A stretch of 64,000 bases of DNA from Lama guanicoe (lineage: Eukaryota): the NCBI GenBank assembly GCA_013239625.1, contig MU053652.1, positions 8,529,499-8,593,498 on the forward strand, written 5' to 3'. Below the pieces are notes generated by a model. The model had not been told where the DNA came from, did no database searches, and was given only the letters and a program-made list of their open reading frames with translations. A program made the translations under genes and the position numbers. The first letter of the stretch is position 1; every line of letters begins with the position of its first letter. This document shows positions 13,940 through 27,710 of the stretch, one piece after another.

Positions 13940-14320
13940 ACTTTATTTGTCTCTCTCTACAAGAGTGCATTGGCCAGGAGGGTGGCTCAGTGATGCTGTC
14001 GTAAAGAAGCCTCCTTCTGTTTTCCTGCTTTTCCAACCCTAGCCTGAGGCTTTGCCCCCGTGGTTGCAACCACCTGCAGGTCAGGTATTTGTTCCAGGCA
14101 GGAGGAAAGGAGAAGGAGCTATGGGCTTTATCATGGGGAGACTTTATTCTGGAGAGGAGTACCTTTTCCACCTCAACTTCTTTCTCTATCTTATTGGCAA
14201 ATTAGAGCTGTAAATAAGGCTGGGATATTAGTTTATTCTTACCAGCCTCTGTACTAGAGGAAAGCAGAGGAAGAAGGGTTTTGGAAAGGGAGTTAAGCCG
14301 CTGACAGTATGCCAGTGAGG
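13940..14320. mobile_element. Old ERVL/MaLR LTR (LTR33/MLT1J-like)
   Basis: GGCTCAGTGATG...TTCCAGGCAGGAGGAAAGG...TCTTATTGGC motifs. Confidence 0.45.
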
Positions 14321-16001
14321 GGGCAGCATATAAATTAAATGTTGGCCATATTTGCAGAGGAAGCTTTTATGCAATGGAAAATAGTGTGTAGATTTCAGAA
14401 GTTGCCAGGATTTGAAGGGCAGATGCAGTCTACATTTGCTTCCTATTTAGTCTTATAACTAAAGGACTTCAAATTCCTGTTTCTAGGTTTTTCTTCCTGA
14501 GGACCACATCCTGTACCTTCCAACTACAAGACCAGGCTCCCCAGAACACCCCGCATTCTGGTCCAGGGTGCTGTCATTTCTTCATTGCCCTCAGAATTCT
14601 CTTGTGAGCGCGAACAGTGTTGATGGTAGGGGTCCTTTGAATTCCAGTTTGTAATTTATCAGAGAGATGACAACCATATTTTTCAGTCCCTCTCATATAT
14701 ACCTTTTTGTATCTGGAGAAATGGATTGTTAGGACTAAATAAAATAACTTGTATAGTAGCTCCCAGTATCCCTTCCTGTTTTCCTCTCCATGATTTTGGT
14801 CCAGGCAGAGTACTGCTAAAGAATACTACTAATGCCAACAAGGAAATGCTCCCTCCCCGAAATTAGCAACCCCTTTCTCTAGGATCACGCTTGTTTTCCC
14901 ATCGGTCTTCCTCTCCTGCCCTGACTGCAAGCCGATGGGGATCACAGTCACACTTTAAAAAGCTTTCAGACTCCACCGCAAACCACTTCCTCTCCAGGGA
15001 GAAAGGCTTTTAAGTAATTCAAAGCTTTTATGGGTTATATTTGTATGGGGTATATTTTCATATATAACAAGTCAGTAAACATCTGATTTTTTTTTATCTC
15101 ATATAAATATGGTGATATCCCTTTATACTATGATTTTTTTGAGAACATGATTCCCTTTTGAATGAAACTAAGTGGTGACTGGCAGCTGGAGTGCTGAAGC
15201 CCTGTTCTCTGTTGAGGGAGGGTACCCGTCTTCCCCGGGGGTCAGCACAGCGTTCCCTTCATACTAAACACTTACGCAGCACAATGACATCTTAAGTGTT
15301 TTTCTATAGAACTTGTTACTCTCTGCACACACTTGAAGCTAGATTTTTCTGTTTGTTGATGCGTGCTATTTATTCGCAGAGATAATAAGCATTAGACCCG
15401 AGGCTGCCCAGGGGAGTCTCAGTCCTTGCATATGTGAAGCACGCCTTGTTCCAGCACAGCTAAGCAGCACGGTGTGGGGTGTCCTGTTTTGCGATGTTCT
15501 GTAGCAGACGTGGGTGGTGTCTTTGTCTTGACACCTCAATGGCTCGAGTTTCTCTCTATTGACTTTTCTGTGCATGTGCATCCTCTCCTGACTTTCTAAT
15601 TATATGCTGCGAGTACAGGACTGGCGAAAGCAAGACCCTCATTTCTGGCAGCTCTTAGGACATTGCCTTAGGAGTGCCTGGAGCCTGGTTGTGCTGGCTG
15701 AGAGCAGCAGGCTTTGCAGAAGGACTGGGCTGGGGTTTTCTACCAGAGTTGTATGCCAGGACGTGCCTGGGGGCTTTTGCCTTGGGCTGCAGAGAATATG
15801 TTTGCAGAGCACTGAAACTGGCACAGGGTGTGTGCCCTCCACCTCTGCTGCCCTTCCGTTTCTTCCATTTCCCCTACCATCCCTCCTTGCCTGATTTCCC
15901 CGGGAAGGATTTGATACAGTGTGGATTGACAGATACACGATAACCTTCAAGACTTTAACACAGTATAGAAACGTATGTTTGTGTGTCTTTTGATGTAGGC
16001 G

Positions 16002-16525
16002 TATATTGGGATCTAGTCAGAAAAACGATTATAGAGAGGTTTAATACAAGGAATTTAATATAGGGAACTAATTATGAAGGCATTGGAAGGCCAAAAGAGC
16101 AAACGTGGGTCTGTTATGCAATGCAGAGGTTATCAACTGTGGGAAGCTGCTGCCATCCCTTGGGCTGAAGGGACACAGGGAGGAATTGGTGTTGTCAGAG
16201 CTGGAGAGGGGAGCTGAACCCAGGGTCTAGGGCCATCCAGTGGTGACTGGAACCGTGGATGAGGCTGCCCACGGGGAACTGGAACAATGAGGGAGATGTG
16301 GCGACAGCTGGAGGTACCTCCTGGAGTAGAGTAGGTGGGGGGTCGAGGGGTGGGGGGAGAAATACTCTGAACTCTCCCCTCCTCGTCATGTCCATTCTCC
16401 TGCTGGTCTGACACCAGTAGCCAATCTGTCAGGAAGCCTGGGTACTGACGTTCCTGGGGTTCGGTCCTCTGAAGGGAGGGAAGGCAGGGGAATCGGTGGG
16501 AGAGCAAACAGGCAAAGGGCTGGCG
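16002..16525. mobile_element. Old ERVL-class solo LTR (LTR41/LTR67-like)
   Basis: TCTAGTCAGAAAAA...GGAATTTAATATAGGGAA start; AGGAAGCC...GAGAGCAAACAGG end. Confidence 0.5.
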
Positions 16526-16926
16526 CTGAGGCCTTTTCCTTGCATGTGCTTCTAACGACTGTAGTCAGGCCTTATTTTTCTAGCATAATGCACATCCCTG
16601 ATGAACCTTCCACCATTTCCATTTTAGATTTTTTTTAACTTGTGAAAGTGAATGTGTGAGGTTTCTTTAATTTCTTGCTGGGACTTTCGGCATGGGGATT
16701 GCAGTCCGCCGCAGGATTGCCGGGAGCCCTCTACACCTGCTTCCGGCCCCGCGCCCCCAGCTCTTGTCTGTTCCCTACCAGCGCTCAGAGTGATTCTCTT
16801 ACAACAAAGGTCAGGTTGCTCCTCTGCTCAGTGACCGCGGTGGGTTCCAGGGCCTTCTCAGTGAGGATGAGGAGCTCTGCAGGGGCATGTCCTTTCTCTC
16901 ACCTCCTCTCCTGCTCCTCCAGCTCA

Positions 16927-16945
16927 GCTCGCCTCCTGGTGGCTC
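16927..16945 (-). promoter_or_regulatory. Candidate CTCF motif
   Basis: Minus strand reads GCCACCAGGAGGCGAG, close to the CCACCAGGGGGCGC core. Confidence 0.4.
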
Positions 16946-17953
16946 GTGGAACCTGCTGCCATGTTCCTCCCTCTGCCCCTGTGTCCTTGCTGCTCCCTGG
17001 ACCATGAATGCTCTTCCTCCCGTGTCCTTGCCTCCTTGCCTTCCCTGCTGCTTGACCATCAACTCAGCGAGGCATCTCCTGACTTCCCCGTCTCTCATTC
17101 ACACATTTCCTCCTTCCCTGCCCTGTTTTTGCTGTTGCCTGTTGCACTGGGCACCACCTGGTACACTGTGCAGCGTGGTCATCAGCCTCCCCATCTCTCC
17201 CCCGTCTGTCACGGGAGCTCGGCGAGGACAGGACGGCTCTTGGCAGCGTCATTCAGGGGACGTCAGGCGCACGTGGTCATTGGCTGGACAGCGGAGAATC
17301 CTCCTAGATTTTCCAAATTTCTTTCTGCTCCTCTTTCTCAGTTGTGTCAATTAGGTATAACATGACACTTCTGATTTTCCGACTTTTTAGTGAGTCACTC
17401 GACTTGATAAAAAAAATAAAATACCACTTTTCCACTCAAATTGCTGAGGGAGTGAGAATTCTGGATGCGAGTTCCAGTTCTGATACTAGTTTTTTGCTCG
17501 TGGACAGTTACTTGTGCCCCAGCTTCCTTGCCCTACGACAGGGTTGTAAGTATTAAGGCATAAAAACACTGGTGTACACAGTAAATGCTCACTAAACGTT
17601 AGCTATTGCAGGTTAGGTTTACTGAGGTGACCAGGAGAACGTGCCCTCGGGCTTCCTGCTGGGGAGCATAATTCACAGCCCAGCGCTGCCCCTTTGCTTC
17701 CAGCTCCTCCACGAGGTCCTGTTTCCCGCCGGCCTAGCTGGTGATGCGGCACAGAGGGGCTAGTAAGGCAGGCACGCTCCTCCAAGTTGTGGGACTTTGC
17801 TGGCAGGTGACTTTAGCTCGGGGACTCTGCGATGGCCTGGTTGAACCTTCCTTGAACCTTTGTCATAAGTTCAGTCCTCCTTCCTTCCCCTTCCGCAGGC
17901 ATCACGCCTGCATCTTGTACGAGGCTGCTCCCTGCCACCTCCTGCCCCCTACT

Positions 17954-18306
17954 TGTGATGGACTGAGTGTTTTTGTGTCTCCAAAATTCATGTGTTGAAA
18001 TCCTAGCCCCCAAGGTGATGGTATTAGGAGATGGACCTTTAGGAAGGTGGAGCCCTCATGAACGGAATTTAAGTCCCTCACCAGAGGGACCCCAGAGAGT
18101 TCTTACCTGTTTCTGCTTCAAGAGAGATGCAGCAAGGAGATGGCTAGCTGTGAACTGAGAAGTGGGCGTGCACCGCACACCAGTTCTACTCGTACCTTGA
18201 TCTTAGACTTTCCAGGTCTTAGACTTTTCCAGAACTGTGGAAAAATAAACGTTTGTCACCCAGTCTATGGTATTTTTGTTTCTAGCAGCCCGAGGGTACT
18301 GGGACA
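17954..18306 (+). mobile_element. MLT1A-type MaLR solo LTR
   Basis: TGTGATGGACTGA...CCAAAATTCATGTGTTGAAATCCTA...CACCCAGTCTATGGTATTTTTG...CA. Confidence 0.85.
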
Positions 18307-19476
18307 TGACCCCCATGTCTTTTGCGTATCTAACCTTTAGTGTCTGCTGCTTGGTGGGCCCAAGCTAATGCACGTGATGTTTAAATAACAGAAATAATTA
18401 CAACAAAAAGTGAAACTGAAGCAAGTAAGCTGAGGGACACCACTGTCTCACTGTAGACAACTAGTCCCAGCGAGCCCTTCTGCAAGTGCCTGGGTGGCCA
18501 GGGAAGGAGCCCGCTAGCTGCAGGGTGATGCCTGTGGCTGAGAAGAATGTTGCCAGGGTGAACGGGGCGCCTCTCATCTAGCTGAGTGTCTTCACAGGCT
18601 GTTGTTGGAGCTTCTGGCATTACTAGCTTTTTGCGTTGAAAGCTCCCTGCACGCAAAGACTCCATCAAATGTTGCTTTTACACCAGCCACCTACAGTTAT
18701 AAGCATAAATGCTTCATTAAAAATGTGTTAAATTGAACGGACATTCCTTAATAGACAGATACTAACTTCACTTTCTTTGGGTTTGAAGAGAGGATAAACA
18801 TGCTGCTGGCAGCTGGGGAGGGCAGGCAGCGGTTGAGCTGTGGAGTTTATGAAATCTGAGATTTTACTAGGGGAGCTTCCCTGGGAATCTAAAGCAATGG
18901 CATGTCTGCTGTCCCGAGTACAAATAGTCAAACTGTCTATATATGTCTAATAATTCTGTCATGTATGTCAGAATTCATACATGCTGTAATTGTACTTTAG
19001 AAGAGGCTTGGGAAAATGCAAACTAAAATTGTTATAGAGGAGTTTTGACTGAACAGATTAAATATAGTGAAAAAACTTTCCTCCAGATATTTTAGACCGA
19101 GGAGAACTTCAGAATTTGCTAACATACATTGTTTAAAAAAAAAAAAGCTTTTCAAAATTTTGATAAATACAAATTAGACTTGTGCCTATGAGAAAGTGAG
19201 CAACTAACATGCTTTTTAATCACTGATAGAAATGTGGATTTCTGCATTGTCTCTATTTAGTAAGAAAGTACTACATGTAGACTGAATTTCTTAGCCTTCA
19301 AATGAAAACTGTAGGTGCAGAAGGCTGAAAGTTTTCATAATTATTCGTTAACCTGCCTGGGACTTTGGAAAGTGGATTCCACGTTCTTGCATTGAAACTC
19401 TTAATAGAACATGAGAAGCTGTTCCAAGGTACTTCAGAAGCTTTTTTTTTTTCCCTTAGAGTCTTCAGAAAGATAG

Positions 19477-20025
19477 TGTAGGGGAGGAAATATAATTTTC
19501 CTTCTACCCTTCTAGGTTCTTAGCTGAGACATCCCATTAACTGGAGAAAAAGAGAAGTTTAATACTGTGTTACTTCTATATACCTGGAGAGACCCAGGAA
19601 AGTCGAGTAACTCTGACCTGGCCCAAGCTACCATCTTAAATATTTCCAGCTAAAGAGAAAGGATGTTTGGCGACAGGGGCAGTGGGAGGGGCAGTGGGTG
19701 GGAAGCCAGTTATGGGAGGTTTTTAGGCAAAGCATGGTAAACCAGGGAGGGGATGGTTTTTATGCAGATTTGTCAGTTGCCTCATCCAGTGGTAAGAGTT
19801 TCTAGAAACTTCTTCTCCTCCCTGGAACAGAGAGGGAAACACTATTTACAAATGGAGATTTCCCTTATAAATGTAAATACCTCTTTCAGAAGAGTAACTT
19901 CTACTTGGTTTTCAGAGATTTTGCTATGTCTGCTATTACTCTTTAAAAAAATCACCTTAAGATAATGTTTATGCTTCATGTTTATGCAAAAGAAGCCTAT
20001 TTGGGGTTGACAGATCTCCCCCTCA
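19477..20025 (-). mobile_element. ERV1 solo LTR (MER34/MER39-like) with 4-bp TSD
   Basis: TG...CA termini flanked by ATAG (19473-19476, 20026-20029); TACCCTTCTAGGTTCTTAGCTGAGAC motif. Confidence 0.8.
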
Positions 20026-20924
20026 ATAGCCTTTGTGTAAAAATCTCCAGGTTTCCTGGATGTAGTTTCTTTCCCATCATCCGCTGCTTCACGAGTTGCT
20101 TGAAGCTGCTGGTTGCCTTGGTGTCTGAAGCTCTTGAGGGAGAGGTCAGAGCATTGTATTTTCCACACAGATGCAGAGTATCAGCACGGTCCACTCACTC
20201 AGAAATGTTTTAACTTGCAGTGACCTTGGAGAGTGAGACAGCGTAGTGGGGGAGTGAAGGGCATTAGCGGCCTTGGCATCTGTTGGGATGCAGCGCGGCC
20301 ATCTCCTGGCATCTGATCTCGGCGACGTTTGCGCTGTGGTGAGCCCTGGCTCCTCCGGAGAAGACACTCAGCACAGACCTGGCACGTGGAGGCCTGTAGG
20401 TGAATGGTCTCCCCTCTCTGGGTCACACAGGTGTTCGCCAGTTTCAAGGGAGACTTCTTTCCATGTAAATGGAGTTAGACACTGAGATTCCCTTGACCTC
20501 TTTGTTCCAACAGTGGCTTGGGATCTGCAGACTGAGGAAGGGATTGTCCTTCCGGAGCACTGCCTCAGTGGGGACCTCTGTCTTGGTCAGGCTAGTTATT
20601 GGGTTCAAGAGTAAAGGCATCACTTTTATCAGGGATATTTATGAAACAAGAGCTTAGCTGTGGGCAAATAAATATTGCATGTTCTAATGAGATGATCTCA
20701 TTAGAAAAAAGGTTCAGACCTTCTGTACTGGCAAACTATTGTGTGGTTCTGCAGCAGTGGTTACATTCTGTTCCAATACTTCACTCATTGGCACTAGCCA
20801 GCGCTTTAATACCTTTACCACTCACAGCAACTACTCTTCATGCCAGGAACATAGTCTCTTGCTTCCTTTTTATACCATGAAGCAAAATTTGCTTCAAGGA
20901 GATTAAAGTTTAAAATAATAATTA

Positions 20925-21150
20925 AGAGCAATAAACTGTTGAAGCTGCCTGGGTTTGAATAGTAACTTTACTAACCCCTAGCAGTGTGAGCTGAAGCAAA
21001 ATTACTTTTGAAAACCTGTTTCCCCATGTGTTTAAATAGGTATAATAAGAATAGTATCTTTGCTACAGGGCTGTTGTTAATGATTCAGTGAAGAAAAAAT
21101 AATCTGAGTTAAGTAGACATAGCAAAGGCTTAGTATATGTTGGTTGGTTT
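20925..21150 (+). mobile_element. MIR SINE
   Basis: GCCTGGGTTTGAAT...CTGTTTCCCCATGTGT...ACAGGGCTGTTGT. Confidence 0.65.
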
Positions 21151-21360
21151 TTCAACAAACAAGTGGAATGATACAAGAACAGTAAATACAGTGAAGGGGA
21201 CAAAGATACAGAGATGTACACATGACTATTGAAGAAAGGGAAAGACCCAGCAGAACTGAAAGGAGTTTATTGCAGAAGCCACCTGGTAGGAGGTGAGGGG
21301 ACTATATTAGAAAAGATGAGTATGAGGAATAATGGAGAAGAGAGACATTCTGGTTTAGAG

Positions 21361-21530
21361 CAGTGGTTCTCACATTGTAGCATGCGTTAGGGTCACCTGA
21401 GGAGTCCTTCACAATGCACGTTCCCGGGCCTCCTCCCGGCATTCTGGGTCAGCAGATGTGGGATGGGGCAGAGGAACTTGGTTTTACCAAGCGCCTTGGT
21501 TAAGGCTGCTGGCCACACTGAGCAGCTTTT
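21361..21530. mobile_element. MER5A MITE
   Basis: CAGTGGTTCTCA start, GTCACCTGAGGAG, TGGGATGGGGC. Confidence 0.75.
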
Positions 21531-21651
21531 GATAGGGGGTTGCTGCAGGGTCATGCATAGCCTGGACACAGCTGGAAGGGAGTGGGTGCCAACTTTGGGG
21601 GTCACCCCATGATGTGCAGGAGAGCTTTGGTTGACTTTGTCACATAATCAG

Positions 21652-22182
21652 GTGTTTTAGGATTCCCCAGAGACATAGAACCAACTGGATGTGCGTGGGT
21701 ATATATATGTGGGTGGCTATACATGGAGAGAGGGAGACTGATTACAGAGCTGACTGACTCACATGATTTGAGACTGGGAAGTCCCACAGTCTGCTGTATG
21801 AAAGCTGGAGAACCAGGAAAGCCAATGATGTGATTCTGGTGATGTGACTGCAAACGCCTTAGAACTGAGGGGTTAATGGTATGAAAGTCCGAGTTTGAAG
21901 GTCCATGAACTAAGAGCTGTGATGGCTAAAGGCAGGGAAAAGATGGATATCCCAGAACAAGCAAAAAGAACAAATTCTTTCTTCACCATCTTTGTTCTCT
22001 TTGGATCCTCAGTGGATTGGATAATGCCCACCAGCATTGGTGAGGACAGTCTTTACCCAGAATCCTGATTCAAATGCTAACTCTTCGGGAAACACCCTCC
22101 CAGGCACACCCAGAAATAGTCTTACTAGCTATCTGGGCATTCCTTAGCCCAGTCAAGTTGATACATAAAACTAACCATCACA
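21652..22182 (-). mobile_element. MLT2 (ERVL) solo LTR
   Basis: CCAGAGACATAGAACCAA...GCTGGAGAACCAGGAAAGCC...CCCAGTCAAGTTGATACATAAAACTAACCATCACA. Confidence 0.9.
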
Positions 22183-23339
22183 TCACCTTTAGTATTTTTT
22201 TATGTTTTGTTTCCTGGAATCTCATTTTTGACTATGTTCAGCCTATTTGATCTTGCTTCTTCCTTACCAAGATGTAAGTCATGGGTCAGCCTCTTTTAAA
22301 TTTTGGCTCTGTATTTGGAGAGTTACCAGCATAGTCTGTCTCACAGCTTATACCACAATTCCTTTATTTCCATAATTCTCATGCTGAGTTTCTGAATATA
22401 CATAGTTCATTTGAAAATTTGAGGTGGCGTTTCAAACCCCTCATTTAGATTTCCTGTTAGACCACTTTTGCATCTAACTAAACTCAACTTAGTTTACTTC
22501 TGAGATTTACAAAGCATACCTATTGAGAGTCTCAACATTTGTAAAATATTTACTATAATTTTCTTGGTATTTGAGAGAGTTAGACCTTTTGCTTTAGGCT
22601 ATAACAGTATACAATCTTTTTAGTGTATAAAGCAATTTTTCTTACACAGGGTTGTTAAATCAGTTTTATATCTTTTTATTCCTTGGGGTGGGGGGTGAAT
22701 AAACTTTGCTATCTAGCTTTTATAGTACCCTTATCACTTAATATTTAAACTTCCTCGGCACTTTAATTTTAATGACTAAATGGAATATGTAAGGTGCAAT
22801 GCTTGCCATTTATTACCCTGCATTATAATAAATGTCCCCAAAACTTGATCACAAAATCCCTGCAGAAAAACAATTAGAACTCACCATATTTCCTTACTCC
22901 TAAATTTTTTTTTTAAAAATATGTATATGCTTGTGTTTTCTCCTTTGATATTTTAACCATGGTGATGTGCTGTCATAATGCAACTTTGTTTTCTGTCTCT
23001 GGGAACATTTGATTTTTTTTTTTTAAGCCTTTCTCCTTGGATAAAATTGTGGGTTCCATGACTTTTTCTGGATAATAACTTTTATCAGGGCCTGCTGTTG
23101 GCCATAGCCCCATAAAGTTTCATTTTAGCAATTAATGTTTAATCCTGTGTCACAGTCAAAACACCAAGTTTCATTTAAAAGTTGAAGAGTCTCCCCTGTC
23201 CGTGAGGGCCTGCTGCAGGCTGAGGCCTGCCCTGGGCTAGGTGTGCAGTCGGCTGCTTCTCTCCCCAGCTACCTGGCCTGGTGTCTGACACCCAAAGGGG
23301 CCATGAACTTATAAACGTGAGGCCTCTAATATAAAAAAA

Positions 23340-23700
23340 AATTATAAAGCATGGGACACCTATGCAAGAGGGTTAATTTTAATTGGGGTTAGATTAGGAA
23401 AGGCATCAAGGAAATTGTGGCTTTTGAATGAATTCATAAATGAGACTTTGACAAGGGGGACGAGTTCAAGGGAGTGGCAGTGGTGGCCGGTAGTTGGGAG
23501 GACTTGGTACAATCTGGTGAGATCTGCAGCATAATGAGCATAAGCACTATTGTGGGAGGGGGTCGAGTCAAGCTGGGAAGGTCAAATTGTGGCTGTCCCT
23601 GAGTGCCATGCAAAGAAATCGGGACTTCACGAAGATGATACTCAGGTTGGGTGTGCACTGCATTGTGACTGTCTAGAGGCCTGAGAATGGAGCGTGATCT
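23340..23700 (-). mobile_element. L2 fragment
   Basis: AGGAAAGGCATCAAGG...GAGTGCCATGCAAAG antisense L2-like. Confidence 0.45.
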
Positions 23701-26379
23701 TTGAAGATGATAGGTGATGTGGCATCCACAGTGGTGTCACACAGCCACCGATACAAGGACCTGTTGGAAAGAGATTTATCACCTTTTGTAGCCATTATCC
23801 AGCTTCTGATTGGCTGTGATAAACCCCTCTCCTCCCTCATTCCTGAGATTTTTGTGGTGGAGAATTGAGGATAGTTATTTGGCTCAGATCCTATCAGTGG
23901 GGAAACAGTGATTGAAAATCCTTCCCTTGAAGTTCAGATCTCTCAGAAGTACCTTGATCTTGCCCCTGGTATGAGCTTTTGGGATAAAAAGAACTGCAAA
24001 AAAAAAAAAAAGATATATATACACTTATACACACACGCAAATATATAGACTTGGCAACAAAGAAGCCTTAGAATTAAAATGATTGTTATATCTCTTGATT
24101 TAGATGTTGTTGCATGTCTGTCTTTACATCTGAGCTTTGCTCAGTCTCTTAGAACTGCCTTATGTGAATCTCTACCCTTTTGTTTCTTAAACTCAAATAT
24201 TTGACCTTTCTAACCACATTAGACTTTACAGGTTTCTGGTCTTTTATTTGATGTGACTTTGGATTACATACATTCTACCTGGGTCCCTGGCCACAAATTG
24301 TGTGACTTTAGGATACATCACTATAGATCTATACAGAAAGGAATTTTCCTACATAATTTCCTACTTTCCATCCTAGTATTTGAGTGCCAGTCTTCTAAAA
24401 TGTTTCCTGTGCATTAACAGAATACAGGATATCCAAGGATGTTTTAACATTCCTCCTAAAGTTATCGAGCATAGCTTTTTACAGTTATCTGCATTATTAT
24501 GGCATATGCTTTGAGATAGGAAGGCCTAGAAATACAGTATGTCTTTTGGTGATTTATCTATTAGGAATCGGGGATTTGCTAGGTTGAGTTTAGGGTTCTT
24601 TATTATCGGGTACTCTTTTAGAGTAAAGGGCAGGGTGGGTATTCTAGCTTCAAAGCCATGAAAGTTTACCACTAGATGAATCTTAATATGAATGTGAAAT
24701 GCAAGTTAGTTTATGTCTGGATTGTGTCTGTGCTCAACTCGTTCTCTTGCATTTGTGACACTTAACCCCAACTTGAAGGTTGGGCCTTGCCCCCTAAACA
24801 GGGCTGCTCTGTCCCTGGTGGGGCCTCTGAATAAGGAGCTGGAAGCAGAAGGCCGTAGACTCAGCCTTGGGCTGGTCTTGTGTTCAGTCCCGGCCTCATC
24901 TTGGTGTCCCTGTTCCCTAGAGACTGGATTTCTGCCTTACTCATCTGTGATCACTTCTCTGCTGGGTGTCCCAGTATCCTTTCAGATACAGAGAAATTTT
25001 GAATTCCTTGTTCGCCTTTTTGCTCATAAGCCTTCCAACTTGCCTTCTCCCTGGACCCTGTTTTCACTTTCAGTGTCTGAATTCTGCCCCTCCCTCACAC
25101 CTGCCCTTTCGTATTGTAGACTCATCTCCCCCTTCGGATCTGCTGTTAGACCTAGGCCCTGTTACCATCTCTGTTAACGGACCCTTTTTTCTTGCTCTTG
25201 TATCCTGATCGGTGTGGAATTCCAAGTCAAGCCTTCTGTAGTCTGTCTTATCAGTTGGTTAAATTTTATGGTGGAATTAACTTTACCTTGGTCAGGTGTC
25301 ATAATCTGGCATGACTTCATAATTCCTCAAGGAGGTGAACTCTTTGTGGGGGATATCATGCGTGCTTTGTTTGCTATGCATTTTAAAATACTATCCTTTG
25401 TATACCAATTTTCTGTCTCCTTCATTCTGTTTCCCTCCAAAAGGTATTTCTTTATTATCCTGAGATAACTTGTCCCATGATTTCAGACCAACTCATGTAT
25501 ATATGCCAGGAATATAGCTGAAGAACTTAAAGCTCTTATGTGTTAACATAGTTTAGCCAAGGACACATTGGAAAGCCGGAGATGAAATCAAGACTGCATG
25601 TTCCAGCTCCTGCTAATCTGATTCATGTAGCCCTCTGTAGGAAGAATCTTTAAAAAAAAAAAAATCAAAATTTTTGGAAATTACTTTTGGTGACTTGGTG
25701 GTAATGCACACTCCATTAATGTGGGCTGGTGGGTAAGCCAGTCTTGATTTCCTTTCCTCTCATCTTTTGCCTCCCAGGAAGGTGTGTCTGGAGCTCCATT
25801 AGCTGTGACCTCATTCTCATGATGGCTTTCTTCTTTCTGTGGCTGAGAATGACTTTATTTACCACTGGGCTGTTGTTGCTGTTTGGGGCTTAGGGGCCCT
25901 GGGATACAGGGAAATGAGAATTCTTGAGCCATGGGAGTAGGAGATAACTTTCAAACATATGAATGGGTATAGCCTAAATCTCCAAGGGAAGTAACCGAAA
26001 ACTGATGTTGGAGAACTAATGTGAAAACTTAACTATTTTTCAAACACATGCACTTAAAATCAGAATGTGAGGACGCTAAGCCACTTACTCAAGTCCATCA
26101 GGACCAGTGCTCCCTTTTTAAAGACAATTTTATAATACTGTTTTTTTCTGTCCTGAGATAGAATTTCGTAGATAATAGATCTATAATATTTACGAATTTA
26201 AATAAATTAATAAGTAAAAAATACAATAAATTACTTAGTGCAAGATAATACATATCAGCGCAGTGCCCTATCAATAGCATAAAGAAGTAAAAGTAACTTT
26301 AGTGAAATAATAAGTAAATCAGTATTCTTTGGGCACAGTTACCCTGAAGGTATCATTTTAAATGCATGCAGTCATATTT

Positions 26380-26700
26380 AAATAAAATCACTGAGTGTGG
26401 CAGTCACTAGTGCAGAGTGATGTAAGTATGTGCTATTGTTGACTCCAACACCATGGCCAGTAATGTGTCCAAACCAGCAAATAGCCATTAGAAAAATTTC
26501 TGGTGAAACAGAATACTGTCTTCCCTGGGTTTGTATAGTGATTGTATTGCTGAGAAACTGTATATTGAAACCATGTAAAAATACTTTGTTTATATAAACT
26601 TGACTTAAGCTCGAATAATATATGGGTTTTCTATTTATGTGGATGTCCTGGAGGATGCTTGGAGCCCCAGGACTGTCCTTAATGTGGCAGATCATTAAGT
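26380..26700. mobile_element. MER20B-like fragment
   Basis: Reverse-complement resemblance to the interior of 9350-9640 (AAACCATGTAAAAATACTTTG, AAGCTC..ATAAT). Confidence 0.5.
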
Positions 26701-26899
26701 ATCCCATGAGTTCCTGCTCATCTCCTGCCTGTGTGGTGAGACAGTGATTTCTAGAAAGGAGAAGGCTCGTGTTTCTAAGACAGAGTGTCTGCGGGATTTG
26801 TGTGTGTTACTCTTAGTTGTTATACATGGATTGACTTGCACTTAGGTGTCCATTGGCAATTGCGACTTTTTTAAAACACACACAACAATCACACTGCCA

Positions 26900-27270
26900 G
26901 TGCCCATGCACTGGGGAGGTTCCTTCTGCGACGCAGTCTGGCCTTGCCCGTGTAACTGGCTTTGGCCGATAGGATTTTTACTAAACAATCCGGTCACAGC
27001 TGAGTTGATCCAGACCAGAAAAACTGCCTAGTTGATCCAGAGGATTATGAGAAATAATATTTCTTGTTTAAAGCCCTTGAGTTTTAGAGTGATTGATACA
27101 ACACAGCAAGAGTCCGTGAATGAGTCCATGAAGAGTCTGTGTTCTGCAGGAACAGCAGAAGAACCGCCCTGCTGCCCAAACTGTCAGTCTGCAGGATTGT
27201 GAGCGATTACAGGATTGTTTCTTAGCTACTGCTTTGAGGTGACTTCTTACAGTAAAAGCTAATTGATAGT
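26900..27270 (+). mobile_element. MLT1-family LTR 3' fragments (two successive ends)
   Basis: ATGAGAAATAATA...TTTTAAAGCCCTTGAGTTTTAGAGTG and GATTGTGAGC...GCTACTGCTTTGAGGTGA. Confidence 0.55.
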
Positions 27271-27589
27271 GTCTGTGTACAGTAAGCTTAGTTCTTGTTT
27301 CCCTGCAGTATCCACTCTTCTTGGTTGCCAGGAAACATGGCATTTCTCTAATCCCTGTCTATTGAGGGATAAAATCTTACAGGTAATCCCTTTCCTTTTC
27401 TTGCCATATGTGATGCCTTTGGTGACATCTTCATAGTCTTGCTTCTTTCGGTTCCTGTAAACGATAGGCCCTTGTTAGAACTATTCAGCCAGGCATGACA
27501 GCTGCACTACAAACTCAGTTCCAGCCCCTCTGTGACCTCCCTAGTCACACGTGTGACTTCACAGTGGGGTTTTACCATGAGACAGATCT

Positions 27590-27710
27590 CACATCGTGGA
27601 ATGAATTTTGCATTTGAAGCCAGGATACTAGAGTATAAACTCTGGCTAACTGTCACTTGTGGCTGTGAGAAGTTTCTCTAACCTCTTCAAAACCTATATC
27701 TTCAGCTCTT
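27590..27710 (+). mobile_element. MIR fragment
   Basis: TTTGAAGCCAG...CACTTGTGGCTGTGA...CTAACCTCT. Confidence 0.45.

Noticed and set aside
17270..17283. ER stress element (ERSE)
   Set aside because: CCAAT-CCACG spacing is 2 nt, not the 9 nt of ERSE; orientation does not fit ERSE-II
16811..17365. ORFs of 155 and 139 aa
   Set aside because: Pyrimidine-rich low-complexity sequence produces stop-poor frames
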